Assembly: GCF_036321535.1 (NCBI RefSeq)
Contig: NC_087436.1
Location: 248,001-312,000 of the forward strand
DNA from: Camelus dromedarius
Lineage: Eukaryota
Direction: 5' to 3'
DNA length: 64,000 bases
Position 1 is the first letter of the stretch. Every line of letters starts with the position of its first letter. Below the pieces are notes generated by a model, which searched no databases, had not been told where the DNA came from, and saw nothing but the letters and a program-made list of their open reading frames with translations. Below are positions 36,857 through 50,919 of the stretch, in pieces. The position numbers were made by a program, and so were the translations under genes.

Positions 36857-38255
36857 GTAAGAATACTTAAATTTGCATTAAAGCTACATTCTGTCAATCT
36901 TTCTCAAATGATTTTTCTCGGATTCAAAATCCACGACCTAATGAATGTTGTACTCCTGTGTAAATCATTGATCTTCAGATCACATTTGTTAAATGGTCAA
37001 TGAGATTTGTTAAGTAGATTATTCCTGAAAGGAAAAGCTCAGGCTTTTGAGAATTCCTTGTCTGATGTCACCCAGGCAGTCACAGTAGAAGACAGAACTG
37101 ATATAAAAATCCCTCAGCTGCCTGAACTGCAAAGCTTCTGGGATTACTGATCCCTGAAATGCAGGTGACTCTTGATGATATTCTGGGGCTTGGTTTACAT
37201 GATCAGATTCTTCCAGTCCTGTAAATGGGTTCCGTGGCCCCAGCCCCGGGAGAGCTGGTCATAAGGTCCATATCGTGAGGGGTGGGATGGGAAGGCAAGG
37301 TCTAAGAGCTGGAATCACTGAGATTCCACACTCGCTAAACACAGACTCCAGAGCCTAATTATTGTCAGGTTCTGTTCTGGATTTGAGAGTGTGTTCAGAC
37401 ATGATTCTTGCCCTTCAGGGGTCACTGCCTGGGTGGAAGTAACCTTTACACAAATCTGGGAAGGATGGCAATTAAGTAGATGGGCTGTTATGGTCCTCAG
37501 TATGCCCAGGCTCACTCTTCCAGGCACTCTTGGGACTAACGAGAGTCATGTTATTCACTCATTCACTGATTTATTACCCTTGAATTGATCATTTGTCCCA
37601 TAGTAAGTGAAACAAGGGATCAGGAACATGAATTTTGTCCCCTCTCCCATCACTGATTGTATCTGTCAGTCGGGCGCCCTGTGTATGCATTGTGAAATGG
37701 TGGTATTTTTTGCCCAATGGGGCAGCACTGACAGTTCTGAGAATCAGGGGAGTCTCGTGGGTAGGACAGAACCGTGACACACAAGGCAACACGCCACCAT
37801 GTGAGACAGCATTGTCGATGCTCAGGTGACCCGATGTAGACCGCGGTGCTAAACCTGAGCGTGTTCAGTGATCTTGGCTGCTCTAAAAATACAGACTACA
37901 GGTCCCAAACTCTGGAGACGCTGAGGGTCTGCACCTCAGAATTCTGCATTTTAAGAAGCACTTTAACTAATTCTGATGAAGATGATCTGAGTGTCCCAAT
38001 GAGAAACACTGGGGTGCGATTCAGCAATACTGAGGATTCTCAGGGAACGATGTCTTTTCAGGTTGGTTCAAGGTCCCTCACTTGAGACTTTTGCCTTGGG
38101 TTTAATTGTATGTGTTCAGAAGTGATGTCTCTCATTTCCAGTGCTTGTCAGCATGCTCTGTGCAGGGACTTGCACTCAGTAGATGGCAAAAACTATGATT
38201 CTTCAGGTCACCGAGCTAGAGTGTGAGTGATCTTTTATTTTGGTTTTCTTTATAG

Positions 38256-38645
38256 CAATGCAGAGTCTCCCGAGAAGAGATTCAGTCTGAACAGCTTTGT
38301 GTCAGACTTTGGAAGACCGCTGGTGCCCAAGGTGTTCTCTGGCAGGGCAATGACGAATCTAGGTCCCTCTTTCACTGCTACATCAATCATGTGGGCCACT
38401 TGGACAAGGCCAAATTTGCTATCCCAACCATAGCCCTTGACAGAGATATTCAGCTCCAGGAAGCCATCAGATGCAGCAGGTGGCCAGAGGAGGAGGCGAA
38501 CGGGCTCATAAAATGTGACATCCCCAACTTCATCAATACGGACCAGAACTCTTCCTTTGGGGAAGATGATCTCCTGATTTTGGAACCACCAATTGTTCTA
38601 GAAGATAAGCCAGTTGCTCAGACCTCACACATAGACTTGAATTGA
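38256..38645 (+). pseudogene. MRAP2: MRAP2 last coding exon, isolated frameshifted duplicate
   Basis: Acceptor TTTTCTTTATAG|C, then NAESPEKRFSLNSFVSDFGRPLVP-KVFS, a 1-nt deletion at ~38341, then QGNDESRSLFHCYINHVGHLDKAK...ALDRDIQLQEAIR...CDIPNFINTDQNSSFGEDDLLILEPPIVLEDKPVAQTSHIDLN*. Human MRAP2: NAESSEKRFRMNSFVSDFGRPLEPDKVFSRQGNEESRSLFHCYINEV...FGEDDLLISEPPIVLETKPLSQTSHKDLD. MRAP2 exons encoding the N-terminus and TM helix not found in the window. Confidence 0.93.
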
Positions 38646-40289
38646 GAAACGTGCTTTGTCAAGTGTCTTTCTGAAGATGTGAAGTTTGTCTTTGTATGGC
38701 AGGAATTCCCCTTTCACAAAATTGTATGTGTTTGTGTCTGAGAGAGAGAAATGGAGACAGACAGAAAGACGGAGACAGAAGAGCACCCCCTCAGAAGAGA
38801 GCTAGTTAAGGTGAGTTTTGTGCCTTTAAAAACATTTGGGGTTTTGGTGGGAACAAAGTATTTACATTGTCTCATTCTCCTAGTTGGAAACCTTGGCCCC
38901 ATACTCAGTGTTAGCGGCCTTGAATGGGGATTGGCACGGTGCATTTCATCTGGCGCTGCCACATCCATGCTCTGCCTTTAGCACGTTGCTTTGCCTCTCA
39001 GGGCTGCCACCCTTTTAACTGTAAGGAGAGGAGTCTGGAGTAGGTGATCCATCCCAGCTCTGCTGTTTTGCAAATTTCTGATTTCGTATTCGGATGAGGC
39101 TGGGATACACCCAGAGCAGTATAAACCAGGCCCTACCTCCTGTCTCTTGCTGGGGCATCCCTTAGGCCTGTGCTTCTACCCAACCCTTTACTGAGCCCAG
39201 CTTTTGTCAGGAGCCCAAGAGCCTACCGAGATGGCAGGGGACGTCTCTCGTGGTCACGGTGGCCATCATTTCTATTGGTTGTGCTGAAACAGCTCTTCTG
39301 AGATCCTCCGGCCACCCTTGCTCCAACCTGAGGACAGCCCTACCGTTTCTTTCCTAGGAGGAGGATCAATCCATGGTGCATTTTATGACAATCCTGTCCC
39401 CAGGAATGCACGGAAGGTTATCAGCTGAGTGAGGTGAGGTGCCTCTGTTTCTCTGCGTCCCTGTATCTCTGTCTGCTCACAGTGCCCTGCCTCCGGCTAC
39501 TGAGCAAGAAAAGTGCTATTCACCATGATGGGTGTTTTGCAGATGTGTAGGTGATGGTCGTGTAGCTCATGTGTGGGCTTTGAGCTGGGATGGTGAAGAG
39601 CTTATAAATACCTCATCAACATTTATTCGAGGTGGCCTGGTGCCACACAGACTTGATTAATGAAGGCATCAAGCCTACACACTGGTTTGGAAACAACTTG
39701 GTTTTGATCAGTCACACTGCATGCATGACTCGCTGCTAATCTCTGGGTGGTTTTTTCATTTTAGATTTATTCACCCAGTGTCTTGCTTAAGCTGAAAAAT
39801 ACTTTTATTTCACCAGAATATTCTCTGATTCTTTGTTTTCACTCATCCAGTTTTTTAATTCCTTTAAAAATGTTGTGTTTATAATGCCTCCTTATTTCTA
39901 TCATCTCTAGGTTCCCAGTGGCCTGAGCCATGCAGCAGACTTTATGTAGGAACTGTACCACCAAAAGAAATCCCCTCGCCATAATGTCTTTTGAGGAAAA
40001 TATTATTCTTTAAGACTCTAACACTAAATCGTAGAAGAAAGCATGGAACATTTCTTGTAGTTAATACATGTTCATGCAAAAAGAAATTTGATATTTTCAT
40101 TGAAAAATGTTGACTTTAATAACTTTTACTAATGTGAATATTATTATTCATTATTTAATTAACCAAATAATACCACAGTTATTTATTATTAAGATTGAAA
40201 ACTATTTACACAGTCTCTCAATTAGAAGACTGAAGTGTATTTAAAAGATGGAAAAATACCCATGATGACACCATCTTTTTTATTAACTA

Positions 40290-41110
40290 AATATCAAGAA
40301 CTGTGCAGGGTTAAGATTTGACCCCCTGCAAGCTGCCAGGTTAGCATGAGGTAGTCTGTGGATGCTGCCAGAACACAGGACACTCCCCCAGGATCAGAGA
40401 CAAAGGACTTCCTGCCGGCACAGCAGGCAGCCTGGGGTTCATGTTCATGTTGCTTCCTGAGCTCTTTTCCTATTGCTGTTGTAACTAAGGACCACAGACT
40501 CAGTGGCTTAAAGTAACACACATCCATTGTCTCACTGTTCTAGGGTGCAGAAATGCAAAGTCAATGTCAGTGGGCTAAAACCAACGTGTGGCCAAGGCTA
40601 CGTTCCACACTGAGGCTCTTGGGAGGGATTCATCTTACTACCTTTCCAAGCTTGCAGAGGTGCTCACACTCCTTGGCCCAGAGTCCTGTGTCACTGTGAC
40701 TTCTGCTGCCACATCACATCTCTGTCTCTGACCAATCTGCCTCTCTCCTCTAAGGACCTCCGTGATGACGTTTGCTTCCCACAGTGATCTGCCATCCCAA
40801 GGTCCTTGACAGTCACACCTGCAGAGTCCCTTTTGCCATGCACAGTGACATTCCTAGGTTCTAGGGATCAGACCGTGGACATATTGGGGGCCATTATTCT
40901 ACCGAGTTCTTCCCTTTGGCCCCACTGATTCTTGTCCATCCCACATGAAAAATGCATCCACCTCATCCCAACACCCACCAGAGTCTCATTTACTACACCA
41001 TCAACTCAAAGTCCAACATGTAGTCTAACTATTATCAGCTCAAAAGCCTAAGTATTTTCATCCTCAACACCTAAGTCAGGCATGATTGAGACCCTGGGTG
41101 TGATCTTCTC
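40290..41110 (-). mobile_element. LTR fragment followed by an antisense MaLR (MLT1-type) LTR
   Basis: TTTCCTATTGCTGTTGTAACT...ACCACAGACTCAGTGGCTTAAAG...CACCTGCAGAGTCCCTTTTGCCATG. Confidence 0.65.
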
Positions 41111-41317
41111 TGTTCAAATTCCTGCAATGGCTTCTCATTTTACTCAGTGAAGAAGCGAGTGTCCTTATGGTGACCTTACAGCTTTCCTCCCCCTCCCGAA
41201 GCTGAGCTCATCTCCGGTTTTCTCCCTGGCTCACTCCGCTCCAGCCACACTGGCCTCCCTGCTGTCCCTTGGGAATATCAGACATGCACCCACAGGCCTG
41301 TTGCCCTGGCCGGTCTC

Positions 41318-41712
41318 TGTCCAACTCATATGCTGAAGTCCTGAACCCCAGGACTACAGAACATGACCCCACTTGGAAATAGGGTTGTTGCAGATGTCAT
41401 TGGTTAAGAAGAGGCCATTAAGTTGGGCCCTAATCCAGTATGACTTGTGTCCGGATAAATAGGGGCAATGTGGACAGAGAGACACGTGTACATGGGAGAT
41501 GACGTGATGAGATGTGGAGAGAAGACGGTCGTCTCCAAGCCAAGGAGAGAGGCCTGGACCAGCCTCTCCCTCCCAGCCCTCAGGAGGAGCCTGCCCTGCT
41601 GACACCCTGCCTGCAGACTCCCCGCCCCCAGGGCTGTGAGACAGTGAGCCTCTGTGGTTCATGTCACCCAGTGTGCGGTGCTGTGTTAAGAGGGAGCTCA
41701 GCAACTAGCACC
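41318..41712 (+). mobile_element. MaLR LTR (MLT1B-like)
   Basis: TCATATGCTGAAGTCCT...TTGGAAATAGGGT...GGGCCCTAATCCAGTATGACT...CAAGCCAAGGAGAGAGGCCT. Confidence 0.8.
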
Positions 41713-44059
41713 GCGTTCTCAAGGTCCTCAGTGAGCCCAGCTCTGGCCATCTCATTTTAACCTGGAAACTGCCTTCCCCTTGTCTCTGCCCCAGAAACCC
41801 CCTCTCCCTGATCATATTATTTCTATCACCTTCTAGAATACCATATATTTCACATGACTGTCAAGACTGTAGTTTATGTTCTTCTCCTCCTCAGTCCTAC
41901 AGGGACAAGGATCCTTATTTGTTCACTGACGGACCTCAGGTGGCTTGACCTGTACCCGTGGCACAGCAGTCAATACAAATTGGCCGGATGGAAGGAGGGA
42001 TCATTCCTTACATTCACAGGTGAGTGAACGAAGATTCCGGGGGACTGAGAGTTTCGCTCAGGCACAGAGCTGGTAAGTGTCAGGCCAAGGTGGGTTTCAG
42101 GTACCTATGAACCTGAGGGAGGCTTGAGTGATTCTCTTTCCATTGATTAGTATTTCTCAGGTGTCTCTTTTTCTGGCTCTAACTTTTGACTTCTTTCTGT
42201 TATTCTTCTAAGCTTTCAACCAGTTTTAAGTTTTAATTCTGCTTTGTCTCAGGTAAACAAATAAAATCTGTAAATCTTTCAACTCATTATATATTTCATC
42301 TAAATACATTGTGATTAGTGATGATGTTTTATTTCTGGCATCTTGTTTTGTGATTTCTATTTGCTTTGCTCTGCTTTTCTCCTGCCTGTTATATACCTTG
42401 CAGTCATGGTTAAGAGCATGGCGTCTAGAGACAGCCTATCCGGGCTTGGTTCCCTCCCTTGCTAACCATGTAACCAGTATATGTAATCCCTTTGAGACTC
42501 ACTTTCTTCATGTACAAAAAGTGGTACTATCCGCCTCAAAGACTGTGAGCATTAAGTGATAAAATAGATGAAGAACTTAGAATAGTGACCGGCCTATTTT
42601 GGGTTCTTCATTTTGACTTCTTTATTTTTATTCTCTTTTTAAACAATTACTTTAGAGATTACTGTTGAATTTTAATGAACACCCTAGATATTGAAGATTA
42701 AAATGTTACTTAACCCATTCATTGAATTTTATATACCAAATGATATCTGTGTTTTATTTCCATAAGTTCTGTTTGGTTCTTTAAAAAATTGATCTGTTTT
42801 CTTTTTCATGATGTCCTGATTGTTCATTATGTTATATAAGATTCATTTTATCTTTTAATGATTCAGTCATACTTCTTTTATGCTCTCTCTTAGATTGTTT
42901 CATAATTTTAGGCTCTGGAATATTAATCATCTTGTGTTTTACGGTTAGATCTTTCTTCCCAGTGGCACTGATTTCCTTCTGTTTTTAGTTGTGTGTCTGT
43001 GTGTGTGTAGAGTTGTGGGAGCTTCTCTATAGTGAGTACATATTTTTTCCTATGATTGTCCCTTACATCTTGGTTTTTAAAGTTTCCCTAGAGAACAATT
43101 TTGTGTTGCTTATCCTAAGGCTCCAGGTGATATGATCAACCTTGAATTATTATATTTTTGGTTTGGGAATTCCGGAATCTTCAGTGGAGTATCAATTTGG
43201 ATTCCACATTCATATAAAGCAGGGGCGTGGAGATTAGATTTTTTAAGGGAGACTTTGTTTTTCCCTAGAGTACCGGTTGTTACACCCCTTTCCTGTGTGC
43301 ACATGTGGAGAACTTTGAGTCTCCCTTTCAGTGAAGAGGCAAGTCTTCCAATACGTCTTATGCAGAGGTTTCTATAAAGGAAGACTCTTCTACATCTGGT
43401 ATGGACCCTGTTTCCTAAATGGACATTGTATCCCTATTTATGTGCAGATGAAAACCCCTTCCCTCCAGGGTGCGGTGGCATCAGCTCACAAGATTACCAT
43501 TTTGGCGTTAAGTGTCCTCTTTGTATTGTAACCTGGGAACTTCTCTTTCCATAGTTAGCTCTGTGTTACTTTTGTTGTATTTTATCCGGCATTACTGAAA
43601 GTTTTACTTAAAAGGGATCCTAATTAGCTCTGTTTACCTGTTTCCAGAGCTGAAAGCTTCAGTTCTAGAGTATCTGTTTGATTTTTCTTAAAAATACATT
43701 CCAGTATATTTCTCTGGTGAAAGTCTTGACCCTGTTATATATTCTCCCATCATTTCCTTATTTTCTTGAATGTGTTAAAAGTATTTTATAGCCTTTATTT
43801 TTAACTCTGATGCCTACATCACCTGGGGTTTGCATCCTTTGTCTAATATTTCTTATTCTCATTTTATCCATCATATAGTCTTGACATGTTGCATGTCTAG
43901 AAATTCTTTATTACATGGAAGACATTGCAAATGAAAAATCCATATCTTATCTTCCGTAAGAGGTTTTCTACCTTCCCGTTAGGCAGACAGGGTGAGGGAC
44001 TGATCATCTCACTCCAATCAGGCCCTGAGTTGTGTCAGGACAGAAGTGCCGTTTTTCTT

Positions 44060-45620
44060 AAGACAGCTTTGAGGTATACTTGGCAAAATAATTTTCACAC
44101 ATTTAAAGTGTACAACTTAATACATTTTGACATGTGTATCCCCAAGAAACCATGACCACATTCAAGAGAGTGAACATACCCATCACCCACAAAACTCTTC
44201 TCCTGCATTTTGTTGTCCCTCCCTCCCTCCCCATCTATTCCTCTGGAAACCATTGATCTGCTTTCTATCACAACATACTGGTTTGCATTTTCAAGATCGT
44301 TGTATGAATGGATTCATGCAGTATCTACTCTATGTTGTCTGACTTCTTTCATTCAGTGTAATTATTTTCAGAGTCATCTGTGTTCCTGTATTAATAGCTT
44401 ATTTTTCTTATAGCAGAGTATTGCTTAGTGCTGAGTTTTTCCTGAATAGCTTATTGTGAGCAGTGTTTGGATAGAACATCCTTTGTTTCTTCATTTACTT
44501 CTTGATGGATGCATGGGTTGTTTACAACTTGAGCTATTATAAATAATATTGAAGTGAATATTTAGTTACAAGTCTTTGTATGGACATATGCTTTTATTTT
44601 CTAAAGCATCAGATGAGGAATATCTGGCTTATATGGCAGATTGGTGTTTACCATTTTTAAAGAAACTGTTAAACAGTTTTCCAAAATGGTTGTGCTATTG
44701 TAAATTCCTCGTGGTGTGTATCAGTTCTGGTTGCTCTATTTCCTTGCCAGCACTTTGTAAGGTCGGTCTTTCTAATCGTATACATTCTAGTAGGTATGTG
44801 TACTACTATCTCACTGTGGTTTTTAAAAGCATTTCTCTAATGACTAATGGCATCTTTAATCAGCATCTTTTCATATGCTTATTATCCATCTGGATATCTT
44901 TACTGAAGTGTGTTTTCTGGCCTCATTCATTCATTCAGGTGTTTGCATTATTATTGAGTTTTGAAAACTTTTTATTCTGGATCAGACACAAAGAAAGACC
45001 TTTACCAGATATATGATTTGCAAATAGCTTCTGTCTATGGCTTGTCTTTTCATTTGCTTTGCAGTGTTTAGAAGAGCTTTGAAGAGTCTTCATTTTTGTA
45101 AAGTTCACTCTATCAGTTACTTTTTTTAAAATAGATTATACTTTTGGTGTCATAGCAAAGAAATATTTGCCAAACCCAAGATCATAAAGCTTAAGCCTAT
45201 GCTTTTTCTCCTAGCTGTTTTATAGTTTTACATTTCCTATTAAGATCTATGATCCACTTAGAGTTAATTTTTGTATATTTTGTGAAGTGTGGATCAAAGT
45301 TCATTTTTTTTTTTTTGCATATCACTATCTAACAATTCCAGCACTACTTGTAGAAAAGATCCTTTTCTCCACTGCAACCTTTTGAGAATCAATTGTCTAT
45401 ATAAGTGTTCGTTTAGTACTGAACTTTCTATTCTGCTCCATTATTCTACTTCCCTGTTTTACACCAACACCATACTTTCTGATTACTGTAGCTTTATAAA
45501 AAAAGTCTGAAAATCAGATAGTGTAAGTCTTCCAAATTTGTTTTTCTTGTTCAAAGTTGTTTTGGATATTTGGGATCCTTTGCATTTTCATGTGAATTTT
45601 AGAATCAGTTTTTAAATTCC
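44060..45620 (-). mobile_element. Old L1 (L1MB/MC-like) 3' end and ORF2
   Basis: Antisense L1 motifs: CATTTAAAGTGTACAA, ATACCCATCACC, TTTTCCAAAATGGTTG, ATTTCTCTAATGACTAATG, GATTACTGTAGCTTTATA. Confidence 0.85.
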
Positions 45621-47294
45621 TTACATCCTCTTCTGCCAAAATTCCACCCATGTCTTTGGCCATCTCCAAAGCCACATTTTCTGAAGAGGTCTCTCTAGAT
45701 CCTAGGTGAAAGTAATTCCTCTTTCATCTGTGCTCCATTCACATTTCTTAATATTTGATTACATTTATTCATATTTGGCTTTATGCACTTGTCTGATCTT
45801 TCCTGCCATATAGTAAACCTCTCAAGATTAGGAATCTTGACTTGGTTCCCTCTGTCTGCTGAGAAAACTAGTTCTATGCTTTGCAGGAGTGAGCCCTGCA
45901 GTAAGAGGTATCTGCAGCACACGTCTATCTCATTGTTTGCATATTGTCAAGGAATCCTGCAGATTTGGAATTGTTTATTGATTGTTGTCTCCAAGACGGC
46001 TAGGTCTTTTTTATTTCTATTACTACTGCTGCAGTTTCAAAGAACAATGGGCTAATTATTTTCCAAATATGAAAACATACTGTAATTGAGTTGTGATGCA
46101 AATTATGTGCTGCTGTGTCTTAAAAACCTGCTTAGTGTTCACAGGCCCCTTCACTCATGGAACTTTTGGGAGAATGACATATCCTTAGAGATAACACTGC
46201 TGACTTTGGCGACTTGAGCAGCAGTATCTGAACTCACTCCTGCTGTTTTTCCAGTGTCCCCTCTAGCCGTCCTCCAGCCCTCCATGCCCGAACCTGCAGT
46301 TCTGCCCTCGAAATGCCTATTACTTCTCAGGAAGACTTCCCTATGAAACATAATCATATCCTTCTTGTGGGGACATTCAGTCCAGTGACCTGACAGCAGG
46401 GGAAAATGTTTAGTCTGCTCTTGGTAGAGCCTAAACTCTTCCATACTTATTAGAAGCAAATCCAATGAGGAAACTGTGTTGGCATCTAACAAATCAGCAT
46501 AAATGTCTGATGAGGAAGATCAGCTTCCCCATCCCACTCAGGCGTCATGTTGGTGTGACACTCACCATGGCTAACATTTTCTCCTGTGTGCAATGTAAGT
46601 TTCAAGACATTATGAATGGCTTTTTGTTTTTCTTCATTGGTCTTTCCACATTTACTGTGTCTGGTGAGATTATAGGAATCCTGCTTATTTTCAGCCCAGC
46701 ACTTACCCTTTTTAAAGGATCACGTGTTTAAAAGGCTAGTGGACAATTTGTTAGAAGATAGAAATCCTTAGATTTTGGTCCTAGAGTTGAATCTTGGTTA
46801 GGGGTGAATGAAAATTCCCATTAAAATTTTAAGTTCAGTGTTACAAAGTTTTAAAAATAGTTAAATATTAGCCAATTCCATTAAACACTTTAGCAGTTAT
46901 TTACTTTTAATCCTGCTTCTGGGGCAATTTTGCAATGATTCCCTCCCTTTGTTGATTCCCTCTTTGTCAGAATCCTTGAGAGGCCCCTGTCATCACTGTC
47001 AGTATCATCATCATCATCATGATGGAACTGATTCCTCTGGAAAGTTCTAGGAAAATAAACAGATGTGTGGGGTTATGTGTAGGTCAATGTGTGCATATAC
47101 AATAAGAACAGTTATCAGACATTAGATGCAAGATATCCATTTTATTTAGAGAAGAATGTGGTCATGAAATCCTGATGTGGTGAATGAAGGAGCAGTGGGA
47201 ACAGGATAGTCAGTGGAAAGGAGGAGGAAGTGAGCGAAGCGGGGAGCATAGATCCTTGGTTAGCCGATCATCAAATTGGTGTGAATGAGGGGAG

Positions 47295-48058
47295 TGTGGT
47301 GGCAGAATCATGTTCCTCCCCTGCCACAGGTTAGCCAACAGTGACATGTTTCTGTACATGGCAAAAGGGATGACAGATATATTAGGAGAAATATTTTAGA
47401 GGATTTCGGTATTCTAAATTCTCTATTAGCCTTTTAAACCCATGATACATTATTAAAGTTTAGTGGAGGGCCACAAATAAAAAGGATTCATATAATCTCA
47501 CCACACATACTGAAGGTAGAAAGACTAAGGAAGAAAAACAAAAAGTCATTCATAAGTGCCTTGAACCTTAAATTGCTCATGGGATGAAATGTCACACAAG
47601 GTGAGTGTCACAGCCACATACATAATGCCTGAATGGGAGGGGAGAAGGGGATCCTGAGATGAGACAATAGGGTGAGTAGCCTGGATTGTCCAGGTGGGCC
47701 CAATGTAATCACAGGGGTCTTTAAAATTGAGGACGTAGCCCAGCTGAGTTTAAAATCAGAGGGAGGTGTAGCCATGGAGCAGTGTTCAGAAAGGCTGCTG
47801 GCCATGAAAATGGAGGAAGTCGTGGGACACAAGCTAAGGAAGGTGGGTGACCTCTGGAAACTGGAAAAAAAAAACAAAAACGAGGAAACATTCTCTTCTA
47901 GATCCTCTAGAAGGAAGGAACTCTGCTGGCAACTTGAATTTAGCTCAATGAGAACTGTGTTGGATCTCTGACCTCCACAGCCATAAGCTGATAAATCTGT
48001 GCTGGTTTAAGCTGTTAAGCTTATGGAAGTTTGTTACAGTGGTAATAGAAAAATATCA
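47295..48058 (+). mobile_element. MaLR LTR (MLT1D-like), interrupted at ~47380-47660
   Basis: TGTGGTGGCAGAAT...ACATGGCAAAAGGGA; CCTGGATTGTCCAGGTGGGCCCAATGTAATCACAGGGGTC; GTTGTTACAGTGGTAATAGAAAA. Confidence 0.7.
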
Positions 48059-48380
48059 TAGTGAGCGGTAGTGTAAGGGATTAAAGTTCTAGGCTGGGGT
48101 GTGGAGAGGATTCTGACATTTACACCTAAAAAACAACCAGGTGCAGTGGAAAGGTGTTTTAAGGAAGACCTACCTGGCAGGGCTGTTAATAGGACTGTTT
48201 GGTGTGAGGAGAGCATTGGAGTAGAGGAATCAAATAAATCTCTACCAGAAAAATAAGGAATAAAATATAACAGTGCTTCAGTGTTAGTGGATGCAGGAAT
48301 GGAAATGGGCAGAGAGATATAAACATTACTTTGAAATTAGCTACAGGTTTGATGATTGCATGTTGGGGAGAGTTAGCCAA

Positions 48381-48725
48381 TGTGTGGACTGAATGTTTGC
48401 ATCCCCTCAAAATCCGTATGTCAAAACCCCATCTCCCAGGGTGATGGTATTGGGAGGCGGGGCCTTTGGGAAGTGATTACTAGGATAAAATAAGGTCATG
48501 AGAGTAGAGCCCTCATGAATGGGATTAGTGCCCTTATAAAGGGCCCCAGATTGCTTGCTTCTCTCTGGCCCATGAAGATAGTGGGAAGACAGCCATCTTC
48601 GAGTCATGAAGGCTATCATCTCCCAGATGCATTGACCTCAGCCTCCAAAACTTAAGGAACATGCTGGTTGTTTAAGCCACCTGGCCCATGGTAATTTGTT
48701 ACAGCATCCCAGACTGACGAAGACA
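48381..48725 (+). mobile_element. MaLR LTR (MLT1A-like)
   Basis: TGTGGACTGAATGTTTG...GGAGGCGGGGCCTTTGGGAAGTGATTA...AGCCCTCATGAATGGGATTAGTGCCCTTATAAA...GAAGACA. Confidence 0.85.
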
Positions 48726-48886
48726 GTGGAGAATGCCTCTGAGTTTGACACTGATTGCCTGGAGAATGCTGAAACCCAGGGAAGTGGGCAGCACAGACGT
48801 TTACTCATTTAATCCTGGCAACACGGTACGAGATAGAGTCGACATATTCCTCGCTATTTAAAAGGGAAGGAAAAAGAGGCACAAAT

Positions 48887-48887
<1 letters not shown>

Positions 48888-48932
<45 letters not shown>
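48888..48932. repeat. (AAC)n microsatellite
   Basis: Direct read. Confidence 0.95.
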
Positions 48933-48934
<2 letters not shown>

Positions 48935-49743
48935 TTTTCCAAGATTCACACAGAACCCCTGGAGGCAGAGTGAGAATTTATACTCAGGCAGGCTGACCAG
49001 AGAGCCCCTGCTCATAACTACTAAGTCAGATCACCTTGCTTATGTGGATCAATTTTTTTCAAGTGTGATATGAGGGTACTGTGTCCAGTAACTTATAATT
49101 TCAAAATAACTCACTGTAAGGGAAACATTAGTCGCAGGCATTGCAAACCACAGTAAGCTACACATACAAAAATAACTCGTTAGGGCAAGATAACCAATAA
49201 TGTTTTTAAATATTATACTTTCTGTACCTTTGCAATAAAATGTGTATTTATAATTCTGTCTGCCTACAGAATAACTTCATAATCCTGAATGTGGCTGGTG
49301 GCTCCCATGGTGGACAGCACGGGCCTAGAAAATTTAAGTGACTTGTCCAGCCTCGCCCAGGAAGCTAGTGGTGGGATCAGAGATATAGGTTGTGACTTTT
49401 CCTTCCTATCCAACAAGTCCCTCATGGAGGCTTAGAAGCTTCTCCTTTGGTGCCCAGCTGTCTATTCGTACTTATGACATCTTGTCAGGTGTCCCAGCCT
49501 GCTCCTGAACATAAGCCAGTAACAACATCTGCTCTTTTCTGGCCAGGTAATACATTCTAGCAGCTTCCATTGACTTCTTGGCATCAGTTCTTACCTGGAA
49601 GGGTAGTGGCTAGAGATGCAAATGTGTCCACATGACAGGGTTTTCGTAAACATAGCAGGAGTTGTCAAGAGAAGAAAACGTCAGGAAGACGAGTGGAAGC
49701 AGGTCATTTAATATACCAAATGGGTACTTTCAATGAATGTTTG

Positions 49744-50264
49744 TGTTTCCAAGTCCAGACTTGCTCTGCTCGTGCATTACAGGCCAATAAATCGGGAGAC
49801 CAGGTTTTGGGGGCAAGAAACAGCGACTTTAATTTGGAAACCCAGCTGAGAAGATGGAAGTCTAATGTCCTGGAAAACCATTCCCCAAAGTCAGAATTCA
49901 GGCTCTTTTTATATTAAAAAGGGGAAGCAGGAATGCTTGGTTGCTGCAAACTTGGTTTATGAATTCTTTGCTGTTAGAGCCTTTTGTTCTTGCAGCTCTT
50001 AGCCTGGGTCAGATCCGTGTAAACCTCCAACAAACAAATGTTATTTTCTATTCTGTAACATGTTACCTTATATGAATGGAAAAGTGTTAATATCCTTTAA
50101 AGTCAGAGCCTTGAGAATAGGGTCTCCTGTATATTTCAGGATCTAGGCAACATTGTTTTACAAAAGGTGCAGAACAAACAAGACTAAACCTAGGAAACAG
50201 GGCACAGGGTTAAACTCAAAAGAACAGATATAACATGGAGTCAGATTTGTTCTTTCCTATTTCA
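49744..50264 (-). mobile_element. ERV solo-LTR (same family as 455-1167)
   Basis: Reverse complement TGAAATAGGAAAGAACAAATCTGACTCCATG ... GGACTTGGAAACA, with TG...CA ends. Confidence 0.85.
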
Positions 50265-50919
50265 GTAGTGCCATGGAGAAGGCACTTTGGGCAGCTTGTT
50301 GTAGGGTCCTGGAGGCTTTCTCTCTCAGCCTCTGGGCGCCTCTATTGCAAACCCTTCATAGCTGTTTGGCCTGCTGGAAAACCACTCCGACTGTTTTGCC
50401 CGTAAGATGCGTTCTGTTTATAACTCATCTCTACTCCTTGGAAAACAACTCAATAAAAACTCAGTTGGTTTTCCACCAGCCATGGGCAGGGGTGAGGAAT
50501 AGCACTTTATTATTTTATAAAAAAAAAAATAAAAGAAATCTTAAAACAGCACTGGGCACATAGGAGAGAGTCAATAAATGCTTCCTGGCTAAAATCAAAA
50601 TTGATGGCTCAGTGATTCCATGGCTGCTGTATTTGCTGAGCTTGCTACTCCTTTGCTCCATTACACATTTTTTTTAACTGAAAAAGAAATACATGCATGT
50701 GGTTAAAAAAATTCAAACAGAGCACAAAAATACACAAGTGAAAGAAGTTTTCCCTCATCCTCTCTTCTTTCAGCCCTCCCTGGAGATGCCACTGTTTATT
50801 ATCCTTTGTTTGCTTTTCCAGATAGGCTATGCACATTCCCACCTATGTATGTAAATTCCTTTAAACTTTTACTTATTTTTAACTTAAAGGGGTTTAAATC
50901 CTCAAGTGGCTTCTGCCTG

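Noticed and set aside
44576..45016. 146-aa hydrophobic ORF
   Set aside because: Antisense reading of L1 sequence.
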